Shown here in pieces: positions 25,129 to 38,600 of a stretch of 64,000 nt of DNA. The translations under genes and the position numbers were made by a program. Numbering within the stretch: position 1 is the stretch's first letter; every line of letters begins with the position of its first letter. Location of the stretch: assembly GCA_002633005.1 (NCBI GenBank), contig NMRA01000071.1, positions 1,081,893 through 1,145,892 of the forward strand, in the 5' to 3' direction. The notes beneath the pieces were generated by a model. It ran no database searches, was not told the DNA's origin, and saw nothing but the letters and a program-made list of their open reading frames with translations. Origin of the DNA: Phoronis australis. Lineage: Eukaryota; Animalia; Phoronida.

Positions 25129-26990
25129 CAGACAAGTTGGAAATTCGTCGTCATTCGTCGACAACTTCACAGGAACACATCTTCCAAATCTCATCAAGAC
25201 CCTGTGAGGATTCAAGAGAAACAGCTGCAAATGGCGGACACTGCACAACGGACGCCCAGACAGAGATGGCGGCAATATGCAGTCACGAAAAAAACACGTG
25301 GGCAATCAACAATGTTTTGCTCAGAGCAGTCCATATTGCACACTTTATATTATGTAGCATGTGACTAGAATATATATAGCTTTAACTTTCATCAGGTTTG
25401 GGTATGGAAAATCATATTTGTGATTTTTTCGAGGAACTGTATATTTGGTTCCAGGGGCGGATCTAGAATTTTAAGTTGTGGAGGGGCAGGCCAGAGTTTT
25501 AGCCAGGATTTTGCCCTTCAGATATTTGCACCCTCCAACTACATGTACCAAGTGGAATCTGATAATTTTAAGGGGGCATGACCCCTTTGCACCCCCCCTT
25601 CTTAAATCCACCACTGGTTTCACGACGGTGCGTTTCAGTGTAAAGAACTGTTGGCAATATCCGCTTGATCAGCCACACAGAAAGAATTCTGATTGCATTA
25701 GGCAATTTGTGCCATTTTTCATTGGTTTTCTGTATTAGTGTGCACCTTAAAAGCTGTTTCTGTTTGACAATTCCCATAGAGAGGTGTAAGTAAAATGTTC
25801 CGTTGTATAAAGCGTCCTTCTTCCAATTATTTGAACATTGGCATCCAGGTAATGGCCCCGATCGTTGTATTCAAACATTTGCAGGTACACTGTAAATTCA
25901 ATTATCTTGTTTTTTCTCAAACATGCATAATTGCCATTTTCGGGAAATTGTAAATCGTAATCTCCTCATTGCAAGAAGATTAAATTGGTTGTTTGTATCT
26001 CTGAACATTGTGCAATTATACAGGTAAAACAAGATGTTGAATAATTTTTAGACCTGTANCAGACAAGTTGGAAATTCGTCGTCATTCGTCGACAACTTCA
26101 CAGGAACACATCTTCCAAATCTCATCAAGACCCTGTGAGGATTCAAGAGAAACAGCTGCAAATGGCGGACACTGCACAACGGACGCCCAGACAGAGATGG
26201 CGGCAATATGCAGTCACGAAAAAAACACGTGGGCAATCAACAATGTTTTGCTCAGAGCAGTCCATATTGCACACTTTATATTATGTAGCATGTGACTAGA
26301 ATATATATAGCTTTAACTTTCATCAGGTTTGGGTATGGAAAATCATATTTGTGATTTTTTCGAGGAACTGTATATTTGGTTCCAGGGGCGGATCTAGAAT
26401 TTTAAGTTGTGGAGGGGCAGGCCAGAGTTTTAGCCAGGATTTTGCCCTTCAGATATTTGCACCCTCCAACTACATGTACCAAGTGGAATCTGATAATTTT
26501 AGGGGGGCATGACCCCTTTGCACCCCCCCCCCCTTCTTAAATCCACCATTGGTTTCACGACGGTGCGTTTCAGTGTAAAGAACTGTTGGCAATATCCGCT
26601 TGATCAGCCACACAGAAAGAATTCTGACTGCATTAGGCAATTTGTGCCATTTTTCATTGGTTTTCTGTATTAGTGTGCACCTTAAAAGCTGTTTCTGTTT
26701 GACAATTCCCATAGACAGAGGTGTAAGTAAAATGTACCCTTGTATAAAACGTCCTTCTTCCAATTATTTGAACATTGGCATCCAGGTAATGGCCCCGATC
26801 GTTGTATTCAAACATTTGCAGGTACACTGTAAATTATATTGGTTTTTCTCAAACATGCATAATTGCCATTTTCGGGAAATTGTAAATCGTAATCTCCTCA
26901 TTGCAAGAAGATTGAATTGGTTGTTTGTATCTCTGAACATTGTGCAATTATACAGGTAAAACAAGATATTGAATAATTTTTAGACCTGTA
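25129..26990. repeat. Near-identical ~930 bp tandem duplication (25129-26058 and 26060-26990) separated by a single N; probable assembly overlap of two alleles
   Basis: Both copies start CAGACAAGTTGG and end TAGACCTGTA, with few SNPs/indels; N at 26059. Confidence 0.9.
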
Positions 26991-28354
26991 TTTTTCAATA
27001 TTTAGAAGCTTTAGATTTAAATTCTCTCCATGAGCTCTTAAAATCTTATAAAAATGGTCTTATATATCAAATATCGTCGAACAAAGTTTCTGGAAGTGGT
27101 CACTCTTTATAAAAGTTTGAGTCTAATACTCGAATAAAAACTAACAAAAATTAGCGACGCTGCGTCCTCATCTCATGGACTTCAGCTTGGCTTGTGACGT
27201 TATCGTTATTTAGTCTTTCGTGAAGTTGTGAAGTTAAAAATGGATCGTGGACACATATCTGGAATATGTACCTTGAAATGCCGTCTCGATAGTGGAAATG
27301 CTTCAAACGCCAGAACTCAATATTCAAGAGTAAATCGCTAAACAATGGCCGTATTAGAAGGGGAAGGGGGGCAGTGTGTTCCATGTGCCACTACACATTA
27401 CTACATGTACACATAACTCATAATTTTGACCGTTGTGACGACAGAATGCAACAAAATGTACTGTGAACGGCGACATATAACGTCGCTTGGGGAAAAATGA
27501 CGGCCTTCCGTAAACATTGAATATTCGAGGTCGCGTCTGGTGTGAGTTGCAATTTTAGATTTGGAAGGTAAACCGTCTGCTCACTGACAGGAAAGTGGCG
27601 CCTATATGTAGCTCTTCTGGAAATTTCAAAGAAAAAAATACAGCTTCAAAGCGCTGGCGATATCGTTCTATTGAACGACTTGATCACGGAAAATGATTTC
27701 ATTTTAGGCGAGTGTTGCTCAGCTGTATCCTCAACAAAACTAACAAGCAAAGTAGATCGTTCATTTGTGACGAATCGCTCGCGAAAAGCGCTTCGAAGAG
27801 CTTTTCTGATTGAACACAAGGCAGAGTTGCGTAACTATCGTGTATGACATGTGATGGCATCAAGTCACTGATGCGTTCGCAACCCACGTGCATTGTGCTG
27901 TTTTTACAAATGCAATGAATTACAAATTCAAGCAATAGGTAAGTTTAACGTTAGATTTTGACTTATATGCATGATGGACGTCGCCGTCTTTTTCGGATAA
28001 AACAGAGAAAAGATTATGAACGTCACTTATTTTATAATTCTTTTATCCTGTGCAAGTGAGATTCGTGACGTTGATGGCAGACGACCTTAAGTTTGAACTC
28101 ATACAGATATTTCAACAGACGCACCTGAAGCAATTCAGAAAGTCTGTATTTTCATGCCCACGAAAGTTGTTTGGGTTCTGTCCACATATTTGTAAGTGTA
28201 TGCCAATTATGAAATCAATATACTTGAAGTGCTGTTTTGTAAAACAGCGTTGTTTACAACCATACATGTGGAACCCCGTGTTGCTGGCTACAAAATAAGG
28301 CCTCCTGCGAAATCTGGCAGATGCTGATACGTGACTTGTCAATATATAACACAA

Positions 28355-28830
28355 GATACCCTAGCGAGCCAGCTAGCTGTATGAAGACAGTCGTCAAAAT
28401 ACAGCTAGGTACTACTGTGTGTATTTCTTCCGTAGAAATTGCACACAGTCAGGGTAGTTCTGCTCGTCACCTCGCCGTGAAGCATGTATCAACATGTAAA
28501 AGTAAAGACCGGACGGGGTGCATGCAAAATCTGGGAATCAACCGACACTCAACTTGCCCGTTACAGCCATTTAAGTGAAAAACAAAGCAATAAACGTCAT
28601 TTTCTTGCGTAACTCTCCTCGTTTTCTAACAATGAAAACTATGTCGTCGTTTTGAAAACAGTACGCTCGTTGCACCCGGACGCGTCATTTCCAAAAGTTT
28701 TGCGACATCTCTCGGGAGATGATGATAGCTTGGCAGCAGCAAAATTTCTTTCTGAAATTCTGTTTGCTGATATCAAAATTTTAAAAACTTATAATGAAAT
28801 GAAACCAGTTCCGGTAATTTGTAGTGATGT
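28355..28830 (-). repeat. Dispersed repeat, inverted copy of about 18630-18724 + 19871-20260
   Basis: Shared blocks include CAAGCTATCATCATCTC, GTACTGTTTTCAAAA.GACGACATA and GAAGAAATACACAC..TAGTACCTAGCTGTATTTTGACGAC. This copy lacks the 18725-19870 insertion. Confidence 0.85.
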
Positions 28831-29586
28831 GTAAGCAACCTCGTGAAAGAAGAACAGATGATTGAAGAATCGGCAAAAACAGAAACTGGCCAATAGGTGG
28901 CGATATGCAACGTTTCCTTTTGTTCAGCTTTAAGTTTATGTATCTTATATAGTTACTAATCATCGGGAAATTTACCAGCCGGTGGTTTCTATAAAGACAA
29001 GTCTAATTTAGGGAGACAGGGCTTATGGGACACGCCGTTAGTTCTGCATGGTTAAGAGGTTTAAACCCTAAGTGTCGTGGCTCGAGGTCCGGAAACTGAA
29101 AGTGTTGAGTCAATTGCCATACACACTGCAGATAAGCACTTATGCCTAGGAAATGCGATATAAATGTTTAGCATGACGTTGTTTTGACGTCATTAATATA
29201 ATTAAGACCCAGTGTGACGACAATCCCAAGTCTAAATTGCGTCATCTAGTGCCATGACACGTCATCACTAAACATCCGAGTAGCGACGCATGTAACTGTT
29301 GAGTGTTGTCTACATGAAACTACACTGTAAGGCACGGTGAAAAGCTTATAAAATTGGGTTGTTGAGTTAAAGAGAGTCCGCTTGTGACACACGCATGCGC
29401 CTAAGTAATGTCATGGCAACGCCTTTTCTAATATTAAGACAGCTTAACTGATGTAGATTTTGTTTAGAAAGCCAATTTACTTATATTAAAACCATGCTTG
29501 TTTTCAAAAAGTTTAGTCGAACCATTGGGTAAGCATTCATTAGCTGTGTTATGGCAGTCATCAATGCTCAGCTAGCTAAAGATACA

Positions 29587-31400
29587 TCAATCTATCAACC
29601 AATCAATCAATCAACCAATCAATCAATCAACCAATCAATCAATTAATCAATAACCATTTATTTTAGTGAGCTGTAGCAGTTGCAACCCGGTCAAAACTTG
29701 GGCTTATACATGTAAGCCATCATTTCCAAAGTGGACGTACAAACGCATACATGAATACAATGACAACAAGACAACCAGACCAACCTTGTTAATCGTTATT
29801 AACTAAGTAGTACATGTAAATACCTGAGAAATGCAATATCATAAACCCAGCCAACCTTGTTAATCGTTATTAACTAAGTAGTAAATTCCTCAGAAATGCA
29901 TTATCATAAAACCAACAACTAATTTACTCACCATGGTGTTAGTCAGCAAGAAAACAAACTTGTTCTGAATTCCTAGCTCACCAAATTAGGGTCAGGGCAA
30001 TATGACCTACATTTATGCTAATAAGGCGGTTCTGAGACCAGCGTAGATATCTGAGGAAATGTATTTCATCTTGAACGCATGAGGCAGTAAAAAACACACA
30101 CAAACGCTCCTCAACCGGAATAAAAATGCCGAAACAGCTAGTTTCCAATTTAAGCGGCAAGGTTTTATAAGCTCTTAGCTTGGATTTGCTCAAAGTTTCA
30201 GTGCTCCTTTCAACTCAGAAAGATTCACCAGTTTCGTTTTGGCATTTTTCCTATCGCAAGCAGACCTTTGATAAATACTTCAATCTGATTATCCTCAGTC
30301 AAATTAAAAAAAAAAACAGTTTTTGACCAGTTGTTCTTTGTGTACGTGAGGTCCCAGTAAAATACTTTCATTGTGGGACGATAATCAGACATGCTAATAA
30401 GTTTATTCCAGAGCTGTAATATACACTTATGTCTCAGATTTCAATTGCTGAGCACTACATGTATATCGTCTGCAACTCAGGCGCCGATTCCTATGAAACT
30501 ACAATATCAAATATTGTTCTTTTTAAACTATTTCCAGGAGATGTTAAAATTTCACTGCATAGTTGCCGTTGTTGTCATCTTTGTTATCTCTTTACAAGAA
30601 ACAAAGCGTTACCTTTAAAACTGTTTCTTTTACATGACAAAACTTGCAACCTACCACGCAAGTACATACATATACATGTAGAAAGTGATCCAGTCTGGGT
30701 GAATTATTTAAAAAATCTGCCAAAATACGTAAGAAACTTAGGAATTCGGTCTCGTTCGATACGCAGAATAATGTCTCGTGGGATATTTCTTCATGATGTA
30801 CGCCACTCTCGGTAAGTTTTGTGTATATTGCCAGCATACCACAAGGAATTAATTACACTGATTTCCTGTAGAGTTACAACGGTTAGCTCTTCAAAAAAGT
30901 CAATTATAAAAACACTAAAAAGAGTCGTATCACAAGCAGTACACCAAAACCAACAGAGAACAAATTAGTGGAACAATCTCTAGAAATCTGAACACGAGCC
31001 ACAGGATCAGAAAAAAATGGGTTTTAGGGCTGTTTACATACATGTATGACCACCAATATTATTGAGTAAACGTTTATAAAATAAGAAATCTCTACCTACA
31101 TGTTCAAATGCCTTCTAAAGTCAACAATTGTTAAAAAAGTTGGCAGGCTTTCATTTTTTTCTCTTTTGGATTATAGACGCCCATGAAAATACATGGTCGA
31201 TACATGATCTACCTATTCGAAAACCGTTTTGCTCCTCAGCAAGCCGACTACACTTCTCAAAATGTGACGATATCCTGGCACTCAAAATACCAATGGGGAT
31301 TTTATAAACGCAGGAAATCAGGCTGATTCCCCTACATGTATACTTTAATGGAAAAGATGATCCATGTTTAAACCTCTGGGAATAGGGATAAAGTTGGCTT
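29587..31400 (-). mobile_element. Degraded non-LTR retrotransposon (LINE), RT region to 3' end with (ATTG)n tail
   Basis: RGISLISCVYK...LAEEQNGFRIGRSCIDHVF; ADDI near 30460-30472; KLRAYK...LKLET...ERLC.F....VQDEIHFL; AATAAA (minus strand, about 29658) followed by the tail repeat, (CAAT)n on + at 29587-29652. Confidence 0.82.
29780..29910. repeat. ~70 bp tandem duplication in the LINE 3' UTR
   Basis: CCAACCTTGTTAATCGTTATTAACTAAGTAGTA occurs at 29780 and 29851. Confidence 0.9.
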
Positions 31401-32575
31401 TCAACCACACCAAGGGAACATACTGCGAAACAAAAATGCATGGGGTCCCTTTTGAGGGCAATTTACGGCCGGGGGCTTTTTGGGCCATCTGTTGTGTCCT
31501 TCTTGGATCATCTTAGCGCCACCTTTGTAGTTACACATAAAGCAGTTGAGAGCAATGCACGTAAACCCATGACTTTCAAAACAAATTTTCTTAAACATTT
31601 TATAACAAGAGGTAATTGAAGGATATGTTTAAATAAAACACTTACTGGAAGGTTATTCATAAAATCATGTAAGGCCTTGCAAAAGGAATCACCTGTAATT
31701 GATTTTAAATATCGGAGTGTGTGCAGAAGATGTCGTTGTCTTATGCAATTTTCATGAAAAAACCCACGTGTCATGATATTTAAAGTGAGTGTGAATAATT
31801 ATAAACATATTTGTTTAAAATGTCAATTTCAGCAACAACATAGAAATTCTTTATTTTGAGTATCTGTGAAGTCCTACATGAAGTATCGGTAAGGACACTA
31901 AACACTAGAAGCAATAATACACATAACCCTTTTCCCGTAAATTGAATTTTCTATGAGGTTCACTCCCCATAGCAAAATGCCATTTAATGAAATTGAGGAA
32001 GAACAATACCAAAAGGCAAGAAATGTTTAATGTTGTTAAAACGGCAACAGAATCTGCTTATCTTCACATTTACATGCACTTTTAAATGATTAAAATCATG
32101 GTTTCTGAAGTACTTGGAATATTTAGGATTCTTTTTGGGGCACCTTCTCACTTATCCGATCATTATCAAATCAGTGTTGTTCCGTGTCTTGAATTCCTTG
32201 TCTAGCTCACATCCTTAACAAAATGGAATGTGTGATGTTCTGACGGCGGAGCTCATCCAAATACACTGTCCATCATAGTCCACTTAATGGTAATATGTAC
32301 TTGGACTTCTTTTTCTCGAATTCTTCGAACCGGTGGACGTCCTTGCGTCTCTGACTGGACGTTTCCATAATGGACAGTGAATACATTGGGTCATTTGGTG
32401 CTCGTTGTGACGAGATTATTTATTTTAAATCAGCTATGACCAGTTCTTTCAGAATCGGATCTCGCTCATTTTGACTCCCTCATAAAGTCCGTAATGGAAA
32501 CTCTGCCTGTCCATGTACAATAACCTTTTAATTTTGTATGGTTCAAGAAAGACCCAACCCACCACATGACACACA

Positions 32576-32645
32576 ATGAAGCTACATCTCCAGTGCATTT
32601 CCTGGTGGATTCTGGTCAATACTATTCTATACCCAAAAGAAACAG
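32576..32645 (+). CDS. Probable first coding exon of semaphorin, signal-peptide-like MKLHLQCISWWILVNTILYPKET(G), with non-canonical GC donor
   Basis: ATG with A at -3; hydrophobic core; ends ACAG|GCAAGT in phase 1, matching the phase-1 start of exon 33873. Candidate acceptor TTCTTTCAG ends at 32452. Confidence 0.55.
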
Positions 32646-35600
32646 GCAAGTTTGGTTTATTTTCAACCCTTATTTTTAACTTGTGCGAATACAAATTGTG
32701 CTTCACTTTTTTCGTTAGTGATACTGTTTCAATTTTGTCCAAGGCGAAACCTGCAGTCAAGACTAGTTTTATTGTTTTTAATGGGCACCCTCGACCCACG
32801 AAACCTTCGGGCCACGACCCCCTACCCACAACCCCCTCGACCCGGTCTACGCAAGCTCGATCTGAACATGTAATAAGTGCTGACTTGCAGGACAAACGTG
32901 TCTGGCCGTGAGCGAGAGAGTTGATTCGGTAACTATGAAAGCCAAAAACACAAAAACGCCACCAAAGACCTACCAACGTTAAAAAACGTCTCCTTCCCAG
33001 CAGACTGTAATCGTCTAGCCTGTTTTTCTGTGAATGGTTGTTTCAAGTTATTTTTGAGACAGTGCGAGAAGGCAACGAGTACATAATTTCTTCAGTACAT
33101 ATAGTTTAAAAACTGTTAACTAAAAAGCAATTTAAAGCTACATGTAACATATTGTAAAGAGTATACGAAATTATGCGTATTCACATCAATGTATTTTCTT
33201 CCTACATGCAACTTTAGTAGAACCATGATGGTGAAATAGGGTCATCGTGGAACTAATTCTTTGACAACGATAGCACGCTTCCAATCCGGTATTTCCCATC
33301 ATGTTCTTACGCAAATTTGTGTGTTTAACCACCAGCTTTGAGCTAGAGCAGATTCGCACACACACTGTAGGTAAGTCATATGTCACTCAGCGACGTAATA
33401 TGATTATGACATGCGCTATTGCTGTAGGTCAAAGGTTGAGGGGATGTGGGTCTTCGGTCGTGGGGGCTGGAGGTCTTGGGGTGCTAGGGGAGAGGAGGTA
33501 TTAGAACATTCGCTTTAACTTGGACTGCACTGCGTGCCCAGTCGGTTCTCAGGTCGAAGTGACACAGTTTTTATTGCATTATCGACAGTAGATTGTGAAA
33601 ATCCCAAATAAACCTGTTCCTCAATACTTCCCAGTAACAATAGTAGTAACTTTTCATCACTAAAAGTGTCAAAATTTCAGCAATACATGTAGCTGAGACT
33701 TAAACCAGTCTTAAATTTGAAGAAACTTCATAAAGCATGTTTTCGATATTTTGGTCTTGAGTTAGCCATATTTTGATCTAATTTAAGACTGCAAAGCTTC
33801 TATCAAGCGGACCCCTTATGTTGTTTTACAACATCTGACGCATTTCACCCACGTTGAAATTGCTTTCTGCAGGATCAACCAGTAGAATGACATCCACATT
33901 TGAACCAGATAAAAATAGTCTCGGTTACTCGCGCATGCTCATAGATGGCGAAACGCTGTTGGTGGGAGCAAGGTAAGTATCTGTAATGTGCACGTGCAAG
34001 CTCAATTATGTCCTACTAATGAATGCGTTGCATTTGGAGAAAACGATGTGCTACTGGAAATTGAAACTTATTGCACCCGTAAAGAATCTTAGACATGTGA
34101 AATTGTGCCACTAGCAATCACTTTATCTCGGTTTGTATGACGTTTATTTTCCCTTATTTCAGGAATACCATTTACCAATTACATGTAGAGAACTTGACAA
34201 CACGAGCGGTGAGTCATTCCTCAATATCATGCAGTTGCACCCTTTGCTTTATATTGTCATTAACAGGCTGCTTGCGTGTTACAAAGGCTTCTTTACTTGC
34301 GATAGTTTTATAAAGTGTAACTTGGTTTACTTGCAGTTTCTAAATCATTTTCTGTCACTTCATGAACAGAGAAATAGTCGACTAAGATCAGATTAGTATC
34401 TCTTCACAAAGGCAAATACATAAACAAAATGTACCGAGGGCTCACTGTCCACTTCCTCAGTCACGCTTTGTACATCATACTGCTCAGTTCATTTAATACA
34501 TACATATATCTATTTAGAAACAAGTCTCGTTTGCCTTCGTCTTGATAGTACACAAAATGTTACAGTTTACGTTGCAAATCACAACCTGTCGTATATGTAC
34601 GAGCGCATTACGTTCCTAACTCACTCTAGTAAAAGGAAGCAGTATTAAATATAACGGTTACGTGTGAAAATGACGGTTAATTTTCAGTGAAATTGTATAA
34701 TATTTCGAAAATAAATATACAATAAGAACAGTTATAACATTGTAAAATCCTCATCGGGTAGCTGCATAGGTGGATTTAGGGGGGTGCATACAAAATTAAA
34801 CAGCAAGAGCGTGAAGAGTGAGAGGAAGTAAGGAGTCCACGAACTAGGAACGGCAGCGGACGAGGAGGGAGGGGGGAAGCGCGGTGGAATGGCGTTGCCG
34901 TTTTTTTTAATGTCCTCCGATAGATTTTGGGAACACCAGGTCACATCGTGAACTCCAGCAACTTTCGGGGCGCCTGTGTATACAATCCAATTCTCCGAGT
35001 GCCCCCTTATGGTATCCTAGATCCGCCACTGTGCTGCACTCATTCATGAAACTAGGTCATTGTCCGGAGCGCATAGCCTGCACCTCAGCTGTTTTCACGA
35101 AGATGTTAAAAGTGCCACCATTGATGACAGCTCCAGCCTGTTGCAGCGTTGTTACAGGTAAGTCGTCGCATTTCTATGGATTCTGTAGCATGGATAGGTT
35201 CCCGTGTTGCTGGGACGATCGTTGTTGCTGCTCGTGTACTACTGTCGGGTACTGTCATACCCAGTGACCGTCTGGCTTTGTTGGCTTTGGGCGTGATTTT
35301 AGCACTTGCAGTTGACGTGGCCTTAGTTTGCAGGATGTTGGACATAGGTCTCTGCTCTGCCGTCCAAGCTGATGAATAGTTGTTCAAACTTGCTACATTT
35401 TGCGTCCACTGAGCAGCACGATTGTGGTAGGTGGTATGCCTGCATGAAGGGATTTTGAGCACATGGTTCGCCTTACGCTGTGGTTGGTTTTCTTACACGG
35501 GAGGCCTGCTGCTTGTGCTATTTTTTCATGAACAAAGCTATCGTCTTTCTGCCCTGTGATTGATTCTTTTACCATTCGGAGTCGAGGGTTTTGAAGTAGT

Positions 35601-38600
35601 TGATGATGAGATAGAAAGGTGAGTCTGGGGTAAGGGTGGTTGGTGGTCTTCTTGATCAGTAGTCTTTGTAAGTAGCGACGGGGCACCTTGGCGGATTAGC
35701 AAATGCTGTTTGATTAAATGGTCTAATGTCGGTGCCAGTGCAGAACCTTGTTTTCGTTTCCCTTTCGTTGAACTCTCGGTATTGGTTGCCAGATTCGTCA
35801 TCAAGCAACTGTATGTCTGCCCACTGTAGCTGTCGGCTTTCATGTGAACCCCGGAAACCAAACAGTTTGGTATTTAAGAACCATACTATTTTGAGGAGTG
35901 CTTGTGGTGATTGTTTTTTACCGTTACTCCACAGCAGCTCTCCCTCGTCATCTGTCAGTAATTCCGCCCTGTATTTTCGATTTCCTTTTCCTTGTTGTTT
36001 CAAGTCCCGCCGACGAGCAAAAAACTCGCCTTTTGGAAAGTCGAAATACATGTATGGTTGGGTTGTCTACCATAGTGACTGGGTAACCAATTTCTTTCAG
36101 GTGTCGGTCATTGGCCCTATGAAAAGATGTTAGAGTGTCCGACTCATATGAAGATCTATCGGGGTTCACCCATGCCTTTGAGTTTCTCATTTTGCTTTTC
36201 CTGTTGCACCTCTTTTTCTTCTAATTCAATCAACTCCTGAATTTCTGGATACTCGTATTTGAAATTAAACATTCCAAAATTGAAACTCATTATTTTTGTA
36301 GCCGGTCGACTGGGCTTCCGTAGTTACAGCGTCTGAGTTGCAGACGCTGTATTTCAGCAAATAAAATGGAGACAAAAGTGTCATAAAATGAACAGTTTTG
36401 TACAAGATGTTATATTTGGGACCTGATTGCATGTTTAATGTTATTTATACCGCTGCAATTTCGTTACTTGGAACCATTTTGTGAATGTTTGATGATAGAG
36501 CTGGTTGCCAACGCCCTAGTCTACAGTGACCTATTTTTGTACCTTCCACCTTTGAGTATACACCTGTACATGTATAGGGCACTGTTGAAAGTAGTGCGGG
36601 AGGTGAATACGAAAAACGTGACTACATGGCCGTATTTCCCTCGACAGATTCAACGCGTATCGGATGAAACAACCCGCCATTTTTTATGTTAAACAACTAG
36701 TAGTGCTGTATGAAGTACGCAGTTTTGACTAGCAGCCATCGCTGTTCTCGTGCAAAGCGTAATAAACTTTTGCCCTTCTAGTAAAATTTGCAGAAACTTT
36801 CAAGTTGACGTGAAGTCGCAATGGAACACGGATTATTGAAATGTTAAAGCATTAAGGTATCCACTGTGATCTAAGTTGTCTTAGCATATCTTTGTCCTTT
36901 CTGTGCAACTAGTCAAATGTTAACAAATCTATTTTACTCAATAAAAGTACACATTTTCGGAAACTAACAAAATGGACACTTGTACCACGTGTCAAAAACA
37001 GAAGTGCAGTGAGAGTGGAACGTAATTGTGAACATGGTTTTTTCCCTGGTTGCGACATGAATGTGTTATTATTGGTTTTTGTTATCTGAAGTTTTTTGAT
37101 TTTTAACTGCTTTTTGATAACCTTTCACGTAAAAGTGGAAAATGCTTGAAGCAGCTGCAGCCATCGTTTTGGAAAGTTGTGTACAGCTTCTTAAAGTTCC
37201 ATATAGTTCCGAAAAGTTATCAGAGATGTGTTACTCAATGTTACCAGAATGAACTTAATATCTATGGTATAGTGTTCTTGGTTTTTTATTCGGATAATCG
37301 AAAATATTCTGGCAATAATTTTACATAACACATCAGCGGAAAAGAAAGTGGTAGTAGCAAATTTTCCAAAGCTATGGCTGTCCTGTGGTTCACAAAATAG
37401 GGACATTATAAATGGCGGACAAATTACTCAATTTTGGACTTATTTTTTAATTGGACACAATTCTTGAGAAGTAATTTCCTTTGATTTGAGTTGTAAAACA
37501 ACAACTCGTTACGTTTTGACGACTATATTTTAAATTTCCAATTCTAAACATTCGCAAAATTCATAGAATGTAGCTTCGTTATTTCAATATGCTTAAAATG
37601 TTGTGATCTTTAACGCGTGGCTTACCGATAGAGCTTGTGGATACTACACACGGTGTGCGTGGATTCGGTTCGGCATTGTTGCTAATTTTTTAGCGAACAA
37701 CTTCCGTTAAGAAAGACAAGTTTACCAATTGCAAGCCACTAACGCTACACAGCCACATTCGGAGTTTGTTAATGGAAAATAATTCAAGCATTTTTGTTCC
37801 TTTAAGCATTTAACATGGAAGTCAGATAACATGAAGACCGAGATATGCAAAGCCGCGGGCGGTACTGAGATCACGTGTCAAAATCACATCCGGGTACTGT
37901 TAAAAGAAACTCAGACCCGATTGATAGCTTGTGGTACGAATGCGAATGAGCCGGTGTGTCGTACTCTGAAATTGGTAAGTACTCCCGTCCTTCCTTTCAA
38001 TGTTTAGTTGTTAAAGTGTGACGTTTGGGAAACAAATCATGCTTTTGTTATTATTAAGTGTAAAACATGTTTTGGGAAATGCTTTGTACTTTTTTACGCA
38101 CCTAAACAAAGTTTCGTCTTCGTTATAATTTAACCAGGTACTACAGCATGAATGAGACGGCCCTCATGTTGAATTGCCATGACGGCGACGGCACTCATGT
38201 TTGCATTGCCATGACGTAGACATCGTGCTATCGTTACCCAGGCGGCACTCATGTTGCATTGCCAGGACGGAGACATAGTGCTATCGTTATTCGGGCTTAT
38301 ATTTTTCAGAACACCTTTTCGCAAGTAGGAAACGAAAGAAGTGGTTTGGGACTTTGTCCGAAGTCACCGGAGCAAAATAATACCGCAGTGTACTCCGGAA
38401 ACAGCATTTACTCCGGACTTGCGATACGTTCAAATGTCTTCCTCGTGTATAAGCAGGTTGGCGGCCTCGGCACAGATTCAAGCAATAATCATGTTCTAAA
38501 CCGTGAGCATTTCAGCCTATGTACATGTGATTAGCTACATTGTATACATTGATGTAAGGAGGGCAACTCGCCCATACTCCACATTGTGCATTGCAGTTGT

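Noticed and set aside
30792-30811. Alternative first coding exon MMYATLG|GTAAGT
   Set aside because: Too short for a signal peptide, preceded by an in-frame stop, and lies within a decayed LINE region.
32449-32976. 175-aa minus-strand ORF and most other short ORFs in the supplied track
   Set aside because: No recognisable motifs, many use non-ATG starts irrelevant in a eukaryote, and they overlap repeats or the antisense strand of real exons.
34180-34187. TACATGTA inside a semaphorin exon as a fixed in-frame footprint
   Set aside because: NTIYQLHVENL aligns without a gap to the usual N.IY.LSL..L segment, so no 2-aa insertion is needed; probably coincidence.
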